DNA of 64,000 nucleotides from Lama glama. Taxonomy: Eukaryota. Shown here piece after piece: positions 8,896 to 22,215 of this stretch. Position numbers and translations under genes: made by a program. Location: contig CM052816.1 of the NCBI GenBank assembly GCA_028534125.1, positions 9,302,001-9,366,000 on the forward strand, read 5' to 3'. Numbering within the stretch: the first letter of the stretch is position 1; each line of letters starts with the position of its first letter. The notes under the pieces are model-generated. The model ran no database searches, was not told the DNA's origin, and saw nothing but the letters and a program-made list of their open reading frames with translations.

Positions 8896-10444
8896 TCATT
8901 TGTATTGTTTTTTAGATTTCACATGTTAGTGAAATCATAGTCTTTCTCTATCTGACTTCTTTCACTTGGCATAATTCCATTAAGGCCTATCCCTATTGTC
9001 GCAAGTGGCAAGATTTCATTCTTTTTTATGGTGGCATGGTATTCCATTTATATATACAGATACATGAATATGGATATATGCAACACCTTCTTTATCCATT
9101 CATTCATCACTGTACACTTAGGTTGCTTCCTTATCTTGGCTATTGTAAATAATGCTGCAGTGAATATGGGGGTGCACGTATCTTTTCGAATTAGTGTTTT
9201 TATTTTCTTCAAATAAATATCCAGAAGTGGAATAACAAAAAAAAATATCCAGAAGTGGAATAGCTGAATCATATGGTAGTTGTATTTTTAATTTTTGAGG
9301 AACTGAACCTCTGTAGTGTTTTCCATAGTGGCTGCACCAATTTACATTCCCTCCAAGAGTGCATGAGGATTCCCTTTTCTCCACATCCTCACCAACACTT
9401 GTTATTTCTTGTCTTTTTGATAATAGTCATTCTGACAGATGTAAGATGATATCTCATTGTGGTTTTGATTTGTATTTCTCTGATGATTAGTGATGTTGAG
9501 CATCTTTTCATGTGTCTGTTGGCCATCTGTAAGTCTTTGGAGAAATGTCTATTTTGATCCTCTGATCATTTTTAAAATTGGATTGTTTGGTTATTACATG
9601 AATTCTTTATATATTTTGGGTATTAACCCCTTATCAGATATATGATTTGCAAAAATTTTCTCCCATTCAGTAGGTTGTCTTTTCATCTTGTTGATGGTTT
9701 CCTTTGCTATGCAGAATCTTTTTACTTTGACGTAGTCCCACTTGTTTACTTTTGTTTTTGTTGACTTTGCTTTTGGAGTCAGATCCAAAAATTTATTGCC
9801 AAGGTCAATGTCAAGTAGCTTGCCACCTGTGTTTTCTTCTAGGAGTTTTATGCAAAGTGGGTACAGAGGGAATGTACCTCAACATAATCAAGGCCATATA
9901 TGACAAGCTCACAGAAAACATCATACTCCATGGGGAAAAGCTGAGAGCTTTTCCTCTAAGATTAGGAACATGACAAGGATGTCCACTCCCCTTACTTTTA
10001 TTCAGCATAATATTGGAAGTCCTTGCCAGAGCAATTAGGCAAGAAAGAGAAATAAAAGGTATCCAAATCAGGAGGGAAGAAGTAAAACTGTCACTATTTG
10101 TGGATAACATGATTTTTTATAGAAAACCTTAAATATACCATTAAAAAACTGTTAGAATAAATGAACTCAGTAAAGTGGCAGAGTACAAAATAATATGTAA
10201 AAGTTGGTTGCATTTCTATACACTTAACAGCAAACTATCAGAACGAGAAATTAAGAAAACAATCCTGTTCACAATTGTATCAAAAAGAGTAAGATACCTA
10301 CGATTAAATTTAACCGAGGAGGTGAAAGACTTGTACACTGAAAACTACGTCACTGATGAAAGAAATTCAGGAAGACACAAATAAATGGAAAAATATTCTG
10401 TGCTCTTGATTTGGAAGAATTCATGTTATTAAAATGTCCATATT

Positions 10445-10550
10445 ATAATATGAAAATGAATATATGTATATTCATTGTATGACTGAAGAATTGTGCTGTA
10501 CACCAGAAATTGACACAATATTGTAAACTGACTATACCTCAATAAACAAA
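10445..10550 (+). mobile_element. Nested L1 3'-end fragment (older lineage subfamily)
   Basis: tgtacaccagaaattgacacaatattgtaaactgactatacctcaataaa, flanked by tccatatt repeats (10437-10444, 10553-10560). Confidence 0.8.
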
Positions 10551-11519
10551 AATCCATATTGCCCAAAGCAATCTACAGATTCAGTGAAATCCCTATCAAA
10601 ACTCCAACAGCATTTTTCTTTTTTACAGAAATGAAACAAACAATCCTAAAATTTGCTTGAAACTGCAAAAGACCCCAAATAGCCAAAGCAGTCTTGAGAG
10701 AGAAGAACAAATCTGGAGTCATCATGCTCCTTGATTTCAAACTATATTACAAAGCCATACCAATCAAGCTATGTTACAAAACAGACATAGATCAATGGAA
10801 CAGGATAGAGAACCCAGAAATAAACCTGTGCATATATGGTTAATTAATTTACAACAAAGGAGGCAAGAATATTCACTTGGGGAAAGAACAGTCTCTTCAA
10901 TAAATGCATTGGGAAAACTGGGCAACCCATGCAACAGAATGAAACTAGACCACTGTCTTAGACCACACACGAAAAAATTAACTCAAAATGTATTAAAGAC
11001 TTCGAAGTTTTCTAGAAGGAAACATAGGCAGTAAGCTACTTGATATAGTCTTAAAGAGTTCTTCCATCTTTATGATCCTCTAAAGAAACATCTATAGATT
11101 TTTTTTTTCTGGATGATAGTCTCACATGTCTGTCTTAAATATTATCTCTATGCAGCATCATCTCATTAAGTTTACGTTAAATGAAATTAAATGCAAGCAG
11201 AGCTTAGCATGCTGCCTTGGAAAAGGGATAGCTATTACTGAAACCTTATTTTTAAGTCAAAATGTATATATGGAATGCATATGTCTTATCCATCATAATG
11301 TGAAAGGACACTTTGAACATAATGAGCCTTTTTTTTGCATTGGATAATTAAGATGATTTTATTCAGGCTATTTCAGTAAGGAGAATATTCATTAACAAAG
11401 AACATCTCAAAGAAAAGGAAAGAAAGGTTTTATAGAAGCAGGTAAACAAGGGAGTCATCCATGAGTCCCATGGGAGTCATGAGGAATGGAGGCGATTGTA
11501 TTTTCTTTCTTTTCCATTC

Positions 11520-11590
11520 TTTTAAAAATTGAAACATAGTCAGTTTACAGTGTGTCAATTTCTGGTGTGCAACATAATGTTTCAGTCATA
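11520..11590 (-). mobile_element. Short L1 3'-end fragment
   Basis: ttgaaacatagtcagtttacagtgtgtcaatttctggtgtgcaac, the reverse complement of the 10445-10550 type. Confidence 0.7.
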
Positions 11591-12999
11591 GGAGTAATTT
11601 GTTTTTAATTTGAATTTCTGTGAAAAAGAATTTTAAAAGGAACAAAACTTGTTTCCTTAGAAGGAAGAATGGAATTCTTAAAATGACCATTATCATTGAG
11701 TTATATAGCTGGATGGGATGTTAGGGGGTTTTGAATGAAGCACGTCACAGTCTAGTCAGCTCCTTACACAGTGAATCCACGAGGACTCTTTGACAGCCAT
11801 CTGTAATGTAGGCAAGCTCACCAGTTCCTTTCGGCAGTGTTTATGTCTCCAACCATCCAGATATTTAAGTGAAATCCACCTTCTTATAGCTTCTATCCAT
11901 GGATCTTCAGTCTGCCCCCTTGAGGCCACTCAAAACAAGTCTCCTCTCTATTCCCCAAGCCTGTCCTTAAGCCTTTGGGAGAATCCCTTTGAGCTCTCCT
12001 GAGCCTTCTCTTCGGGTTTAATATTTCTGTTCCCTTGGGTCTAGAGTCTTCTTTACTATCATGGCAGGTCTCTTTCTAGTCATACTTGGGTTTGACAATG
12101 TCTAAACTTAGCATTAATACCTAGAATGATCCTAGAACAAGTCATCAAACAATCAATTTACAATCACCTTGGCAACCATAAAGTAAGCAGAGCAACCAGC
12201 AAAGCTTTCAGGATGGCTGATTATACCAGATGAATTTAATTTCCTGCTATGCTAGCATTTTATGAGAGACATGCTAATAAATTCTCTGCACCTCAGGGGG
12301 CCTGAACAAAGAGAGATAGCATTAAATTAAAGAAAGAGGAACTTCAGTTGGTCATATGAAGGACTCCTTAACCTAAGGACAATCAGTCATCCAAAGGCGC
12401 TAACTCTAGCAGCTTTCGTCAGTAAAGCTTTTGGAAGAGAATTAAACCCTACAGCAAAATATTTGAGTGGCTGTTCTTCCCAATTCTCCCAAGGATAGTA
12501 CACAGCTATTACCCTCCTAAGAATATGAGAGAAAAATGAAGTCATTACATGCAGTGTAATAGATGTCTCAGGGAACAGGGCTTAATTCCCTTGCTGAATC
12601 TCAGTGGGATTGCTTGGCGCCTCCTTCAGATGTGGGTATGAACAGTGTGTAGAGGTGAATGCCGGTCATCATCAGTTTGGTGCAAGAGGAGAGAGCGTGG
12701 ATGGGGGATAAGGAGACCTAGGTTCTGGTCCCAGAACATGTATAATGTTATACATAACCTTAAAGAAATCACCTTCTTTCTTAGACCCTCAATCTTCATC
12801 TATGAAATGGGAGGTAGGGTTAGGTGACATCGAAGAGCCTTCTTATTCTAAACTGAAGGAAGCACACTGAAGGCCATTGAGGAGGTGGGGTCCAGCTCTG
12901 AAGAGTTACTGAACTGGCAAGCCAAAACTGTCAATATCCTATAGAATACCTTTTTTTTTTTTTGCATATTTCACTATTGTGATTCCCGCCATTCTGAGT

Positions 13000-13410
13000 A
13001 GCAGGTGTGCTATTATTTACTAAATACTTGTTTTTGACACTGACATACTTCTAAAACTCAAATACATTTATTTTTAAAGAAAATTTTGTGTTACTGCCAT
13101 TACTGCACGTGGAAAACTGATGTCATTGGCTGTAAATAGAAGATAACCATGAAAACAAAACAATGTTAATGAATTCTAGCTAGATTTTGTTGCCCACCAA
13201 AGTTCTGAGCTTGAGGCCTGCTTTCATTTTTATTGAAAAGGAATATTAGCAAGTGCCAGGGAGCTATTAATGGTATTCTAGCACTAAATGGGACTTTCCC
13301 CATTTGTTTTAAAACATCGAAAGAAAATTGAAAAGGGTGCAAATAACGCCGAAGTCGTACACTTATTTAATGTAGTGTTACTGAAGTGCTTAAAATAATT
13401 TTTTATCACA
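13000..13410. mobile_element. hAT-Charlie DNA transposon fragment (MER20B-like)
   Basis: gttctgagcttgaggcctgc...attagcaagtg...ctagcactaaatgggactttc...gaattgaaaaggg-type internal sequence; family assigned from memory. Confidence 0.5.
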
Positions 13411-14204
13411 CCCAAAGATATCTCAGCCCCAGACTTGCACTAATGGGATGCAGGAGCCAAATGAATCTAGTTCCAATCCTGATTCTTCCCTTAGCCAGCT
13501 AAGTCTGCAGGTGTTCTACTTGAGACCTCTGGGCCTCAGAATGTTTGTATGTAAAATGAAGATAAAACTCCTTGGGTGATTGTTAAGGGGACAGAAAGGA
13601 TGTATGAAAAACTGGATTTGGAAAGGGGAGGAGAGAACTGAGAGACAAGACAGCAGAAGTCAAGACAAATCAGCATAACTTAGATTGGCTGGGGATTGGG
13701 GTATGAGTCAAAGGAGTGGGGGCTATTGCCGAGCCGGAATGAGAAGAGCAGTGGCCTGTCTGTAGAACAGGAAGGAGTGATGAATTCTGATATAGCCATA
13801 TTGAGTTTGGGGTTTTGGTTAGACAGCAAAATGTAAGTTAAAATACCATAATGATTAGAAGATAAATAGATTTGGGGTGATGTGTCTGTTGGTGGTTGTC
13901 GTTACAGTGGAAGCATTCCTTGAATAGCAGTACTTTTGGAGGGTTCTTTTGATGGCTAAATTAAATAATGCATTTCAGGAACTAAGCACAATGTTCCAAG
14001 AGTGTGTTTATCATTGTCATCCTATCACCATCGTCATTATCATCACCCTAGATTTTCTAGCACAGCTTCAATTTCACGACTTTTTAATTGTTTCTTTAAG
14101 GGCAGTCCTTTAAATGAATAAATGTGTTTATCTGACATGGGAAAAAAATCCTACGTATACATCAGACTACCAATGGTGGTAGCCTTGGGGGTGGATTGTT
14201 GGAA

Positions 14205-14330
14205 GAAGTCTTAGGTTGGGTTTCCTAGCAGCTGCCTCTGAGATGAGGGTTTGTGTGCAAGTGATCGAGGAAGGAAGGGCTCCCAAGAGAAACCAGCAGG
14301 GAGTGGGAGGAGCAAAAACAGTCCGTGGTT
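14205..14330 (-). mobile_element. ERVL LTR fragment (LTR16/LTR33-like)
   Basis: gtcttaggttgggtttcc...ctgagatgagggtttgtgtgcaagtg. Confidence 0.5.
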
Positions 14331-14399
14331 TTAGACAAAAACCCAGGCACGACCTGACTCTGTGAGGCGCTCTGCAGTGTCTTCGGGGCCAACTGCTTC

Positions 14400-14605
14400 G
14401 TATGAAGTCCTCGCTCCAGTTCTTAGCTGTAAAACCCTCAGCAAGTTGCTTAATCTCCCTGTCTCGACTTTCTCACTTGTAAATTGAGGCTGTTGATAAT
14501 ATCTCATAACCTCTTGGTGGGTGTTAAGAAGGACAAATGAGTTAATATCTGCAACCTGGTTAAAACTGGCCTGACACATAGTAAGTGCTGCATTAGTTAG
14601 TGATG
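14400..14605 (+). mobile_element. MIR SINE
   Basis: gcaagttgcttaatctccctgtctcgactttctcacttgtaaa...cctgacacatagtaagtgct. Confidence 0.7.
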
Positions 14606-15725
14606 TTAGACCTAGAGATTCGTGGAAAGGTCTGTTAGCCATGGCACTCAGGAAACCTCCCATGGACAAGAGATGGTGTATGCAACCTTGTGGGCTAAAG
14701 ACCCCCTAACTGCAAGTTGCCCGGCACTGGAGCCCCATGTCTGTGGGCCCTTTAGGAAAGAAGAGGTGAAACAATTGTGGGGATCAAGCAGTGCTGGAGG
14801 AAAGGAAGGCAAGAAGCAGGGTTGATGGGGAAATCATGGGAGAAGATGGATGTGGCTGGGGAAGACAGGCAAATGCCTTCAGGGGACTCAGAAAGGAGCA
14901 GGGCTGGCCTCTCTCCCAAGCTATGTCTTCTACTGGTACCAGAGGGAAAGACCTCACTGGCTCAGGGAGAGGAAGTTCAGATGACAGGCTGAGGCTAATC
15001 ACTGTTGGGGAGTGAAATGTGTGCTGGCTCAGAGGAGGAGAGTCCATCCTGGCCCTCACACCTAATGTGTGACTGCTCCTCCCTGAGCCTGAGTTTCCTC
15101 ATCTGTAAAATGGGAAGGATGAATCAGGTGGTTGTTAAGGGGTCTGAAAGACAGAGGGCCTAGTTTTTACTTATTATTTGTGTAGGTGTGGCACCTTGCA
15201 TACTTACTCTCTTCTTGTATTCTCATCTCTGCACAACACAGAGAGTTGGGCATAGTTATTCCCATTTCACAGATGAGAAAACAGAGGTTTAAAGACAGTA
15301 AGCAGTCTGCCCCAGCTTAGGTAAAAGGAGGAGCAGAATGGCTTCAAACCCAGCTCTGTCTGATCCAAAGCCCAGCTCTGAACCACTTACTCAGAACTCA
15401 GACTCAACAAAAAGGACAGCACGTTCAGGCTGCTGAGGTGGAAACACCCTGTTTGTCAAGGTCTCGCAACTAAGTTTTACCAGACTGCTGGAGGCTGCAG
15501 TCAAGAGGCAGCACTTTCCAATCAGTAATGGGGAAAAGGCCAAATGAGCAAGATTTTGGACCAGCATCCTGGTCATGATTTCTAAAAACAGAAAGGATGT
15601 TAGAGGTTGGCAGTTGTTGGCCATGAGCCTCTGGGCTTCATCCAGGCCCCTTCCTCCACTCATAGCAGCCTCCTATTCCACCTTCTTCCCTTCTTTCCTC
15701 ATCTCCTACAGGGCCCCCACCCCCG

Positions 15726-15783
15726 ACACACACACACACACACACACGCCCCCCCCACATGCCCACACACATACACACACACA
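15726..15783 (+). repeat. Interrupted (CA)n microsatellite
   Basis: acacacacacacacacacacacgccccccccacatgcccacacacatacacacacac. Confidence 0.85.
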
Positions 15784-16182
15784 TTTACTTAGATATCCTT
15801 AAAGTATGGGGCTGAGGGGTATAAAGAAATAAACAAGGCAGTGTCCTTGCATTTAAAAAACTCACAGGCTAGCAGTGGTGGTTAGTAATGAAATAAATAC
15901 CATGATAGAGCTAGGAACCTAATTTTACAGACAAAAGAGGACTAATTCAGTACCCTATCTCCCTACTTAAACTCTGGGGAGGAGGCACGGGGAAGACTTC
16001 CAAAAGAGCAGGTAAATACCAGGTAATAAGGAGTCTGTAGCCAAGAGACTAATAGGATTTTTTAAAACTAAATAAATTGTCACAAGCTGTTTGGAGAGAA
16101 TTGGTAGCATTTATTAAAATGTAAAATGAATATATCCTTTCACCTAGCAATTGTCCTGCTAGAAATTTGTTCCTTAAATGTC

Positions 16183-16605
16183 AGATAAGTAAAGTAAGCC
16201 AGAAAGAGAAAGAAAAATACCGTATGAGATCGCTTCTATGTGGAATCTAAAAAAAAAAAGAAAAAAAAAAAACAGAAACAGACTACTGACATAGAATACA
16301 AACTTGTGGTTGCCAAGGGGGAGGAGGGTGGAAAGGGACAGACTAGGAATTTGAAATTTGTAGATACTGACAGGCATGTGCAGAATAGATAAACAAGATT
16401 ATACTGTATAGCACAGGGAAATATAGACAAGATCTTGTGGCAGCTCACAGTGAAAAAAAATGTGACAAGGAAAATATATGTATGTTCATGTATAACTGAA
16501 AAATTGTGCTCTCCACTGGAATTTGACACAACATTGTAAAATGACTATAACTCAATAAAAAAAAAGTTTAAAGAAAGTGAAAAAAAAGAAAATAAATAAA
16601 TAAAA
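16183..16605 (+). mobile_element. Lineage-specific L1 3'UTR with A-rich tail, inside an old L1ME-like fragment
   Basis: aaagtaagccagaaagagaaagaaaaatac...ggaatttgacacaacattgtaaaatgactataactcaataaa followed by an A-rich tail. Confidence 0.85.
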
Positions 16606-17789
16606 AGAATGAAGTAGGTTGAAACTTGCAGACTCAGGAAGTTGTCCATGCTTTATCATTAAGGTGTAAAAGCAAATTGTATACCAGATTGTATGAAATG
16701 TTTCCATTTTTGCTATGTTACAAAACATGTACGGGAGTATGGGGGCACCTTAGTTACTACTTCCAGGTCCTGCTGAAAGCCCCAGGGGGACACAGTTAGC
16801 TGCCTCCAAGATTTACTATAACATAGCAAAGAAGGATCATTATGGTATGACAGGGGATGTGATTAAAGCCTATAAAAGAGGTATAAGAGATCTGTGTTCA
16901 ACAAAGGGCTGGGCTTGTTAGTTATGTGGGGGGAGATAAAGAGAAATCTTAAAAAGTTTTTTTCCTTTGGTGTCGACGGAGCTGTGCTTGAAGGATGGGT
17001 GTGATGTTGGTAGTCAGGCACGGAAGGAGGGGGTACCATGGAGGAGACGTGGTGTTTACACCTGGAACTGGGACACCTTGAATTGTGTTTGAAGGATAAC
17101 AGCTATTCCAGGAGAGCTACAACATCTGATCTACGAGAAGGAAACAGTAAGATGTGAGTTATACTATGTATTTTGAAAGCCCCTGAATGCTAGGTCAAGC
17201 AGTTGAGGTTTAAGAGAAATCATGGAAGGAAGCAAGTAGGCAATTTTAGCCATAGAAAGCTAAAATTTGGGGTGGGGGGTAGTCAATGGTGGGATAAATG
17301 AGGCTGTTTTACAGAGATGTGCCCAGCAGCCCTGTGCCAAAGGAGCAGATGAGGAAAGAAACCGATTTGGCAAGGGGAATGACAGGGCTCTGCTCCTGTG
17401 GACCTTGCTGGATGCCAGGTCTTTGGTTCCACATTTATAAAGCAGATTTTACTCCTCTCCTGTCTCCCGCCAAACTGGTGGTGAGATCAAATGCACTAAT
17501 GTGTGTGCAATTGTGGGGCTGGCTGCTGGCAAAGGGCTGCATTCCTATAGGGGATTGTGATTATCGCTCTGAGAACATACAGGATAGGAAGCATAGAATT
17601 CAGGTTGACACAGGGAGAAGGATGTTTGGCACGCTGTGAGAGCATATGGTGTGGTCATCTGGGCAATGAGAGAGAAAAGGAAGTGAGTAGATCAATATAT
17701 GAAATTCAGAAACAACAACGAGAAACCTTCTTTTATCGACCACACTGGCAAAATTGAAGGCTTTACAAAAACTCGGGGTTGAAACCAGA

Positions 17790-19150
17790 CTGGGGTAGGC
17801 ACTGTTATTGTCCCATTGAAATTGAAAATGCACATACCCTTTGACTCAGCAATTGCACTGCTAGGAATCTAGGAATTTCTCTTGGAGATACATACATACA
17901 GATATGCAAAGGATATACGTAAAGGATATTCTTTGCAGTATTGTTTGGCATACTTTAAAAAAAAACTCTAAATTGGAAATAATCTAAGTGTTTGTAAAAG
18001 AAGAATGGCTGAATAAATTGATATATTGACATAATGGATTATTGTGCAAACATAGATATTTGTAGCAGCAGTATTCATACCTGCCAAACTTGAAAGCAAT
18101 CAAGATGTCCTTCAGTAGTTGAATGGATAAATAAACTGTGGTACATTTGGACAAAGGAATATTATTCAGCACTAAAAAGAAATGAGCAATTAAGCCATGA
18201 AAAGACATAGAAGAAACATCATGCATATTACTAAGTGAAAGAAGCCAGTCTGAAAAGGCTACATAACATGTGACTCAAAGTCTGTAGCATTTTGGAAAAG
18301 GCAAAATTATGGAAACAGTAAGATCAGTGGTTTCCAGGGGTTAAGGGTGAGAGAAGGATGAAAAGGCAGAGCACAGAGGATTTTTAGAGCAGTGAAGCTA
18401 TTCCACATGATATGACAAAGGTGGATACATGTCATTCTACATTTGTCAACATCTTTAGAATGTACCCCAGGAGTGAACCCTAAACTGAATTTTGGGTGAT
18501 GATGATTTGTCAATGTAGGTTCATCAACTGTTAACAAATGTACCACCTTGGTGGGGGGAGGCTGTGCATGTGTGGGGCAGGGGCATATAGGAAATCTCTG
18601 TGCCTTCTTCTTAATTTTGCTGTGAACCTAAAACTGCTCTAAAAAATAAAGTCTCTTATTTAAAAAAAAGAGGTAGCTCTGTACCTGCTGATCTGAAACA
18701 ATATCCAAAATATATCATGAAGTAAGAAAGTTAATTGTACAACAGGATAACACGTCCCCATTTTTGTAAACAAACCATTGTATGTGGCATCTACATAACA
18801 ACACAAATACACATCAATAGGGAGATGTGTAAATAGCCTAAACAAATTAGTGTAGCTGAACAGTGGATTTTATGCTGCAGTTCAAAAGAATACATGGATA
18901 GATACATGTAATAGATAAAGCTCTCCAAGATATTAAGTGAAAAGCATTAAACCAGAGCAGTATGCATATCACCTTTTTGTATACATAACATATGTTACTA
19001 TTTTCACAAACATATTTTGGAAAGACACTCAGAATCAATTAACTGTTTAATATAAGGGACCAAGGATTGGGATATGAGGAAGGCAGGACACTGTACTTTT
19101 ACTTTCATTTTTTACTCATCTGTTCTGTTTGAATTTTTACTTTGAGTACT
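17790..19150 (+). mobile_element. Old L1ME-like 3' region with a nested L1MC-like 3' end (about 18045-18668)
   Basis: ccctttgactcagcaattgcactgctaggaat; ...gtcaatgtaggttcatcaactgttaacaaatgtaccac...tgtgaacctaaaactgctctaaaaaataaagtct. Confidence 0.75.
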
Positions 19151-21064
19151 ACTAAAAGTGCAGCTTAATTAAAAAAATAAGTAATGCCCGTAGAATTCTA
19201 GAATACACTATCATGGCCACAAGAGTCTTTTCTTTTAACTATCTTTTTTTGGGGGGGGGTGAAGAAATTGAGATGCAATTCAAGCAAAAGTTAGTGAACT
19301 CTACAATAAATTTGTGACTATACAGACGGGGGGGAGGGGGAGGTGCAATAGAGAACAGCAAAGAAGTAAAAGTAGAAATTATTAGAATTCTTAGCAACTT
19401 CTTTGGAGAAGGAAGAGGAAAGAGTTGAGAAGAAACCAGGAAATGAAGATGGCAAAAACTTGAACAAATGAGGAAGCTCTAAGAGAGAAGACTGAGCTTT
19501 CTAAAGCCGTTTCTGGGGTCTGTTTCCTGTTTGGAGTGTATGTGAGTGTGCATCTCTGCTGATGTGGCCCTGTTTGACAGCCCTGTGAATTAACAGGGCT
19601 ATGACTCGTTCCGCCTCAGAATTGGAGTGCCCTCAAGAACTGCCTCGCTCGGTAGAACCCCTGCTTTAGCAGAGGGGCCTCAAAGGGATGTGGGGGGAGG
19701 TCCTGCGTCCCCACAACAGTGCTGCTCCCCCTGTAGTTGCATTCTGTGTCCTGCCTTTGCATGAGATTAGATTTGTGCTAATCTTCCACTGCTAAAAACA
19801 TATCTGCTAAAAAATATTCCAACCCTCTCACAGTACCAGTGGGGAAACTGATATCTACAGTGAGGAAGGATGTTGAGAAATACAAGGACAGTGGGAGGAA
19901 TGGCTGAGAAGCCAAGGCTTCTGACTCTCAATCTCTTTTACAGCTTTTTATTCTTATGTTTTAGTTGAGACTAAACAGAAGAGGAAAAGGCCTGCAGGAA
20001 AGCTTAAATTTCAGTGGCTTAAGTTGAAAGGGAATGTTCCTAGGAAAAATTATTAGACTCCCAAAGACCAAAAAGGAGAAGAAAAAAAATCAGAGTGACA
20101 GAATGACAGAGTAGGCTAGACAGAGGAGGAAAGTTAAACCTGAAAATTTTAAGGATGAATTGGACCATAAAGGGGAAACTTACAGAATCAAATGTCAGGG
20201 ATTTAAAAAAAAATTAACTGGTGCAACCAGTGAATATGTTTTGATTATACACTATGGGCCAGACACTTTTTAAAATGCTGTTGATACAGTGATGAATAAA
20301 TCAGCTGCAATTCCTGTCCTCAATGGATTTCCCATCTAGCTTACAGTTTGGCAGTTTGCACACAGCAAGGCCATGCATTCATTTAGACAGGCTCTCATTT
20401 GATAACACTCTTGTGACGTACCAGTTACCTGCAAAGAGCAGCAAAGCCTGCTGTTCCCTGTCTGGCAAAAAAAGATGTTGGCCTCAGCCTTTGTTAATTC
20501 CCCTATCAAGAATGAAACTAGCCCTCAGGAGTGGCTGTTGAGAGGGAGAGACCTAAGGCATTGCTGACTGTTTATGGTTACCGGAAAGTGGAGGAAAGGC
20601 TAGGTAAACAGAGCAGCCAGGGGAGCAAAGTGGAGTGTTGCTAAGAGGAAAGGGAAGAACAGAGGCTCCTGCCTGGCCATGGAGCTGACATGCTGATGTG
20701 CAAAGTGGGTGAAGGAGCCAGCTGGTAAACACCAGCTCAGAGGATGCAATACAGACGCTCAGACCTTCAGAATCCTAAAGCCACCCAGCTCTCGTTGCAT
20801 AGAGGAGTAGCCTGACGACCACAAACAGGAAGGGGCTTATCTGATGTCACAGAGCTAGTCCGAGGCCGCGCTGGGAGCAGAACCCAGGACTTTTCTTACT
20901 GCTTCATCCTGCCGCAGTAAAAGAATATCACAGTGCTTAAATGCAGGATGTTTTGGAGTCAGATAAACCTGGATCTGCATCCTAGTTCTGCCACTTGCTG
21001 CTGGCTTTGTGATCTTGCACAACTTTCTTTCTTAGCTTCGATCCCTTCATTTGTCCTATTCTAC

Positions 21065-21563
21065 TGTGGTGACATCTCCAATGGTCATCATTGATTCCTT
21101 CCCTCCTGTATACACATGCCATTGCCCCATCAAAAGATGGCTTTTATTCTTTTACCTCCTTGAATCTGGTCTGACTTGTGACGGCTGTGAACAATGAATA
21201 CAACAGAAGTGACACTGGCATTTTGGGCGCTAGTTTTTATGAGGACTGGCAACTTCCGCATAAGACTTGAATTACTTGCCCTGGGGGAAGACCTCTGCCA
21301 TATATACTACCAAGAGACCTCATGAGAAGAGGCAGCTCAAACTAGCCATGAGGTGGAGAAGCCACTTGGAGAGAGATGCCCAGAGCCTCCTGGCCATTCT
21401 AGCCCAGCCCTAGCCACCATCTGGCTGTAAATGCATGACAAGCCCCAAGCAGAACCCACCCAGCTGAGCCTCTTTCACAGTCAAGAGACATAATAATAAA
21501 ATCATTGTTGTTTAAGCCACTAAGTTTTGGGGGTGTTTGTTACACAGCAATGGTAAAGGGAGC
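21065..21563 (+). mobile_element. MaLR solo LTR (MLT1G/H-like) inserted in a MIR
   Basis: tgtggtg...cttgaatctgg...cagaagtgacactg...ccagctgagcc...aataaaatcattgttgtttaagccactaagttttggggg. Confidence 0.8.
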
Positions 21564-21859
21564 GTGTACTTTCTGAGGCTAGCATGTAGATTCATGAGAC
21601 AATTATTTAGAACAAGGCCTGGGACATGTGAACCTGAATAAGTGATAGCTTTTTATTTTAATGAACTAAAAACAACAAAGCCCAAACACCCCCATCAGTC
21701 TTTTATGGGAAGTGTGTCTGTGGCACCCCTAGTGGATGCATCTGCAGACCGCACAGAACATACGTCATCCTTCCTCCATCCCACAGCCCTGCAGATCTTT
21801 GAAGACCTTGCAGCGTGCCCCACCACAGTGGCCTTCTCAGTCCTTCCCATGAGTCAAGT

Positions 21860-22215
21860 ATTTGCATGTGTTGTTCCTGATGCCTAAAAGCCTTTCCTTC
21901 CCCTTGTTTATATCATTAGTGCTTACTCATCTGTTAGCTCTCAAATGAATCATCATTTCCTATGAAAGTGCAGGTCCCAGCCCTCTGGGACACACTCTCA
22001 GGACATGTACCACTCTTCTTCCCAGCGCTTATTTCAGTTTTGCACCTTTGCATTTGTTTGTGAGGCTATTCAATCAATATCTTTCCAGAAAACTCCCTCA
22101 TGGTAGGAACAACATTGATTTTTATTTGCTTTTGCTTACCGCTATACCCCCAAACCCAGCACCAGCTGGAACCCCCACCCTGACACGTCCAGGTAGATGC
22201 TCAATAAATACGTTT
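21860..22215 (+). mobile_element. L2 3' end fragment
   Basis: Ends ...ccctgacacgtccaggtagatgctcaataaatacgttt. Confidence 0.6.

Larger units (their letters stand above)
8403..11060 (-). mobile_element. 5'-truncated, 5'-inverted L1 (L1MA9-like/laurasiatherian type) with 12-bp TSD
   Basis: 3'UTR and ORF2 C-terminus on - (about 8413-9852); ORF2 RT segment on + (about 9853-11050). TSD cttccatcttta at 8391-8402 and 11061-11072. ORF2 is disrupted. Confidence 0.9.

Noticed and set aside
9048..11034. ORFs with L1 ORF2-like peptides
   Set aside because: Fragments of a frameshifted, inverted dead L1, not genes.
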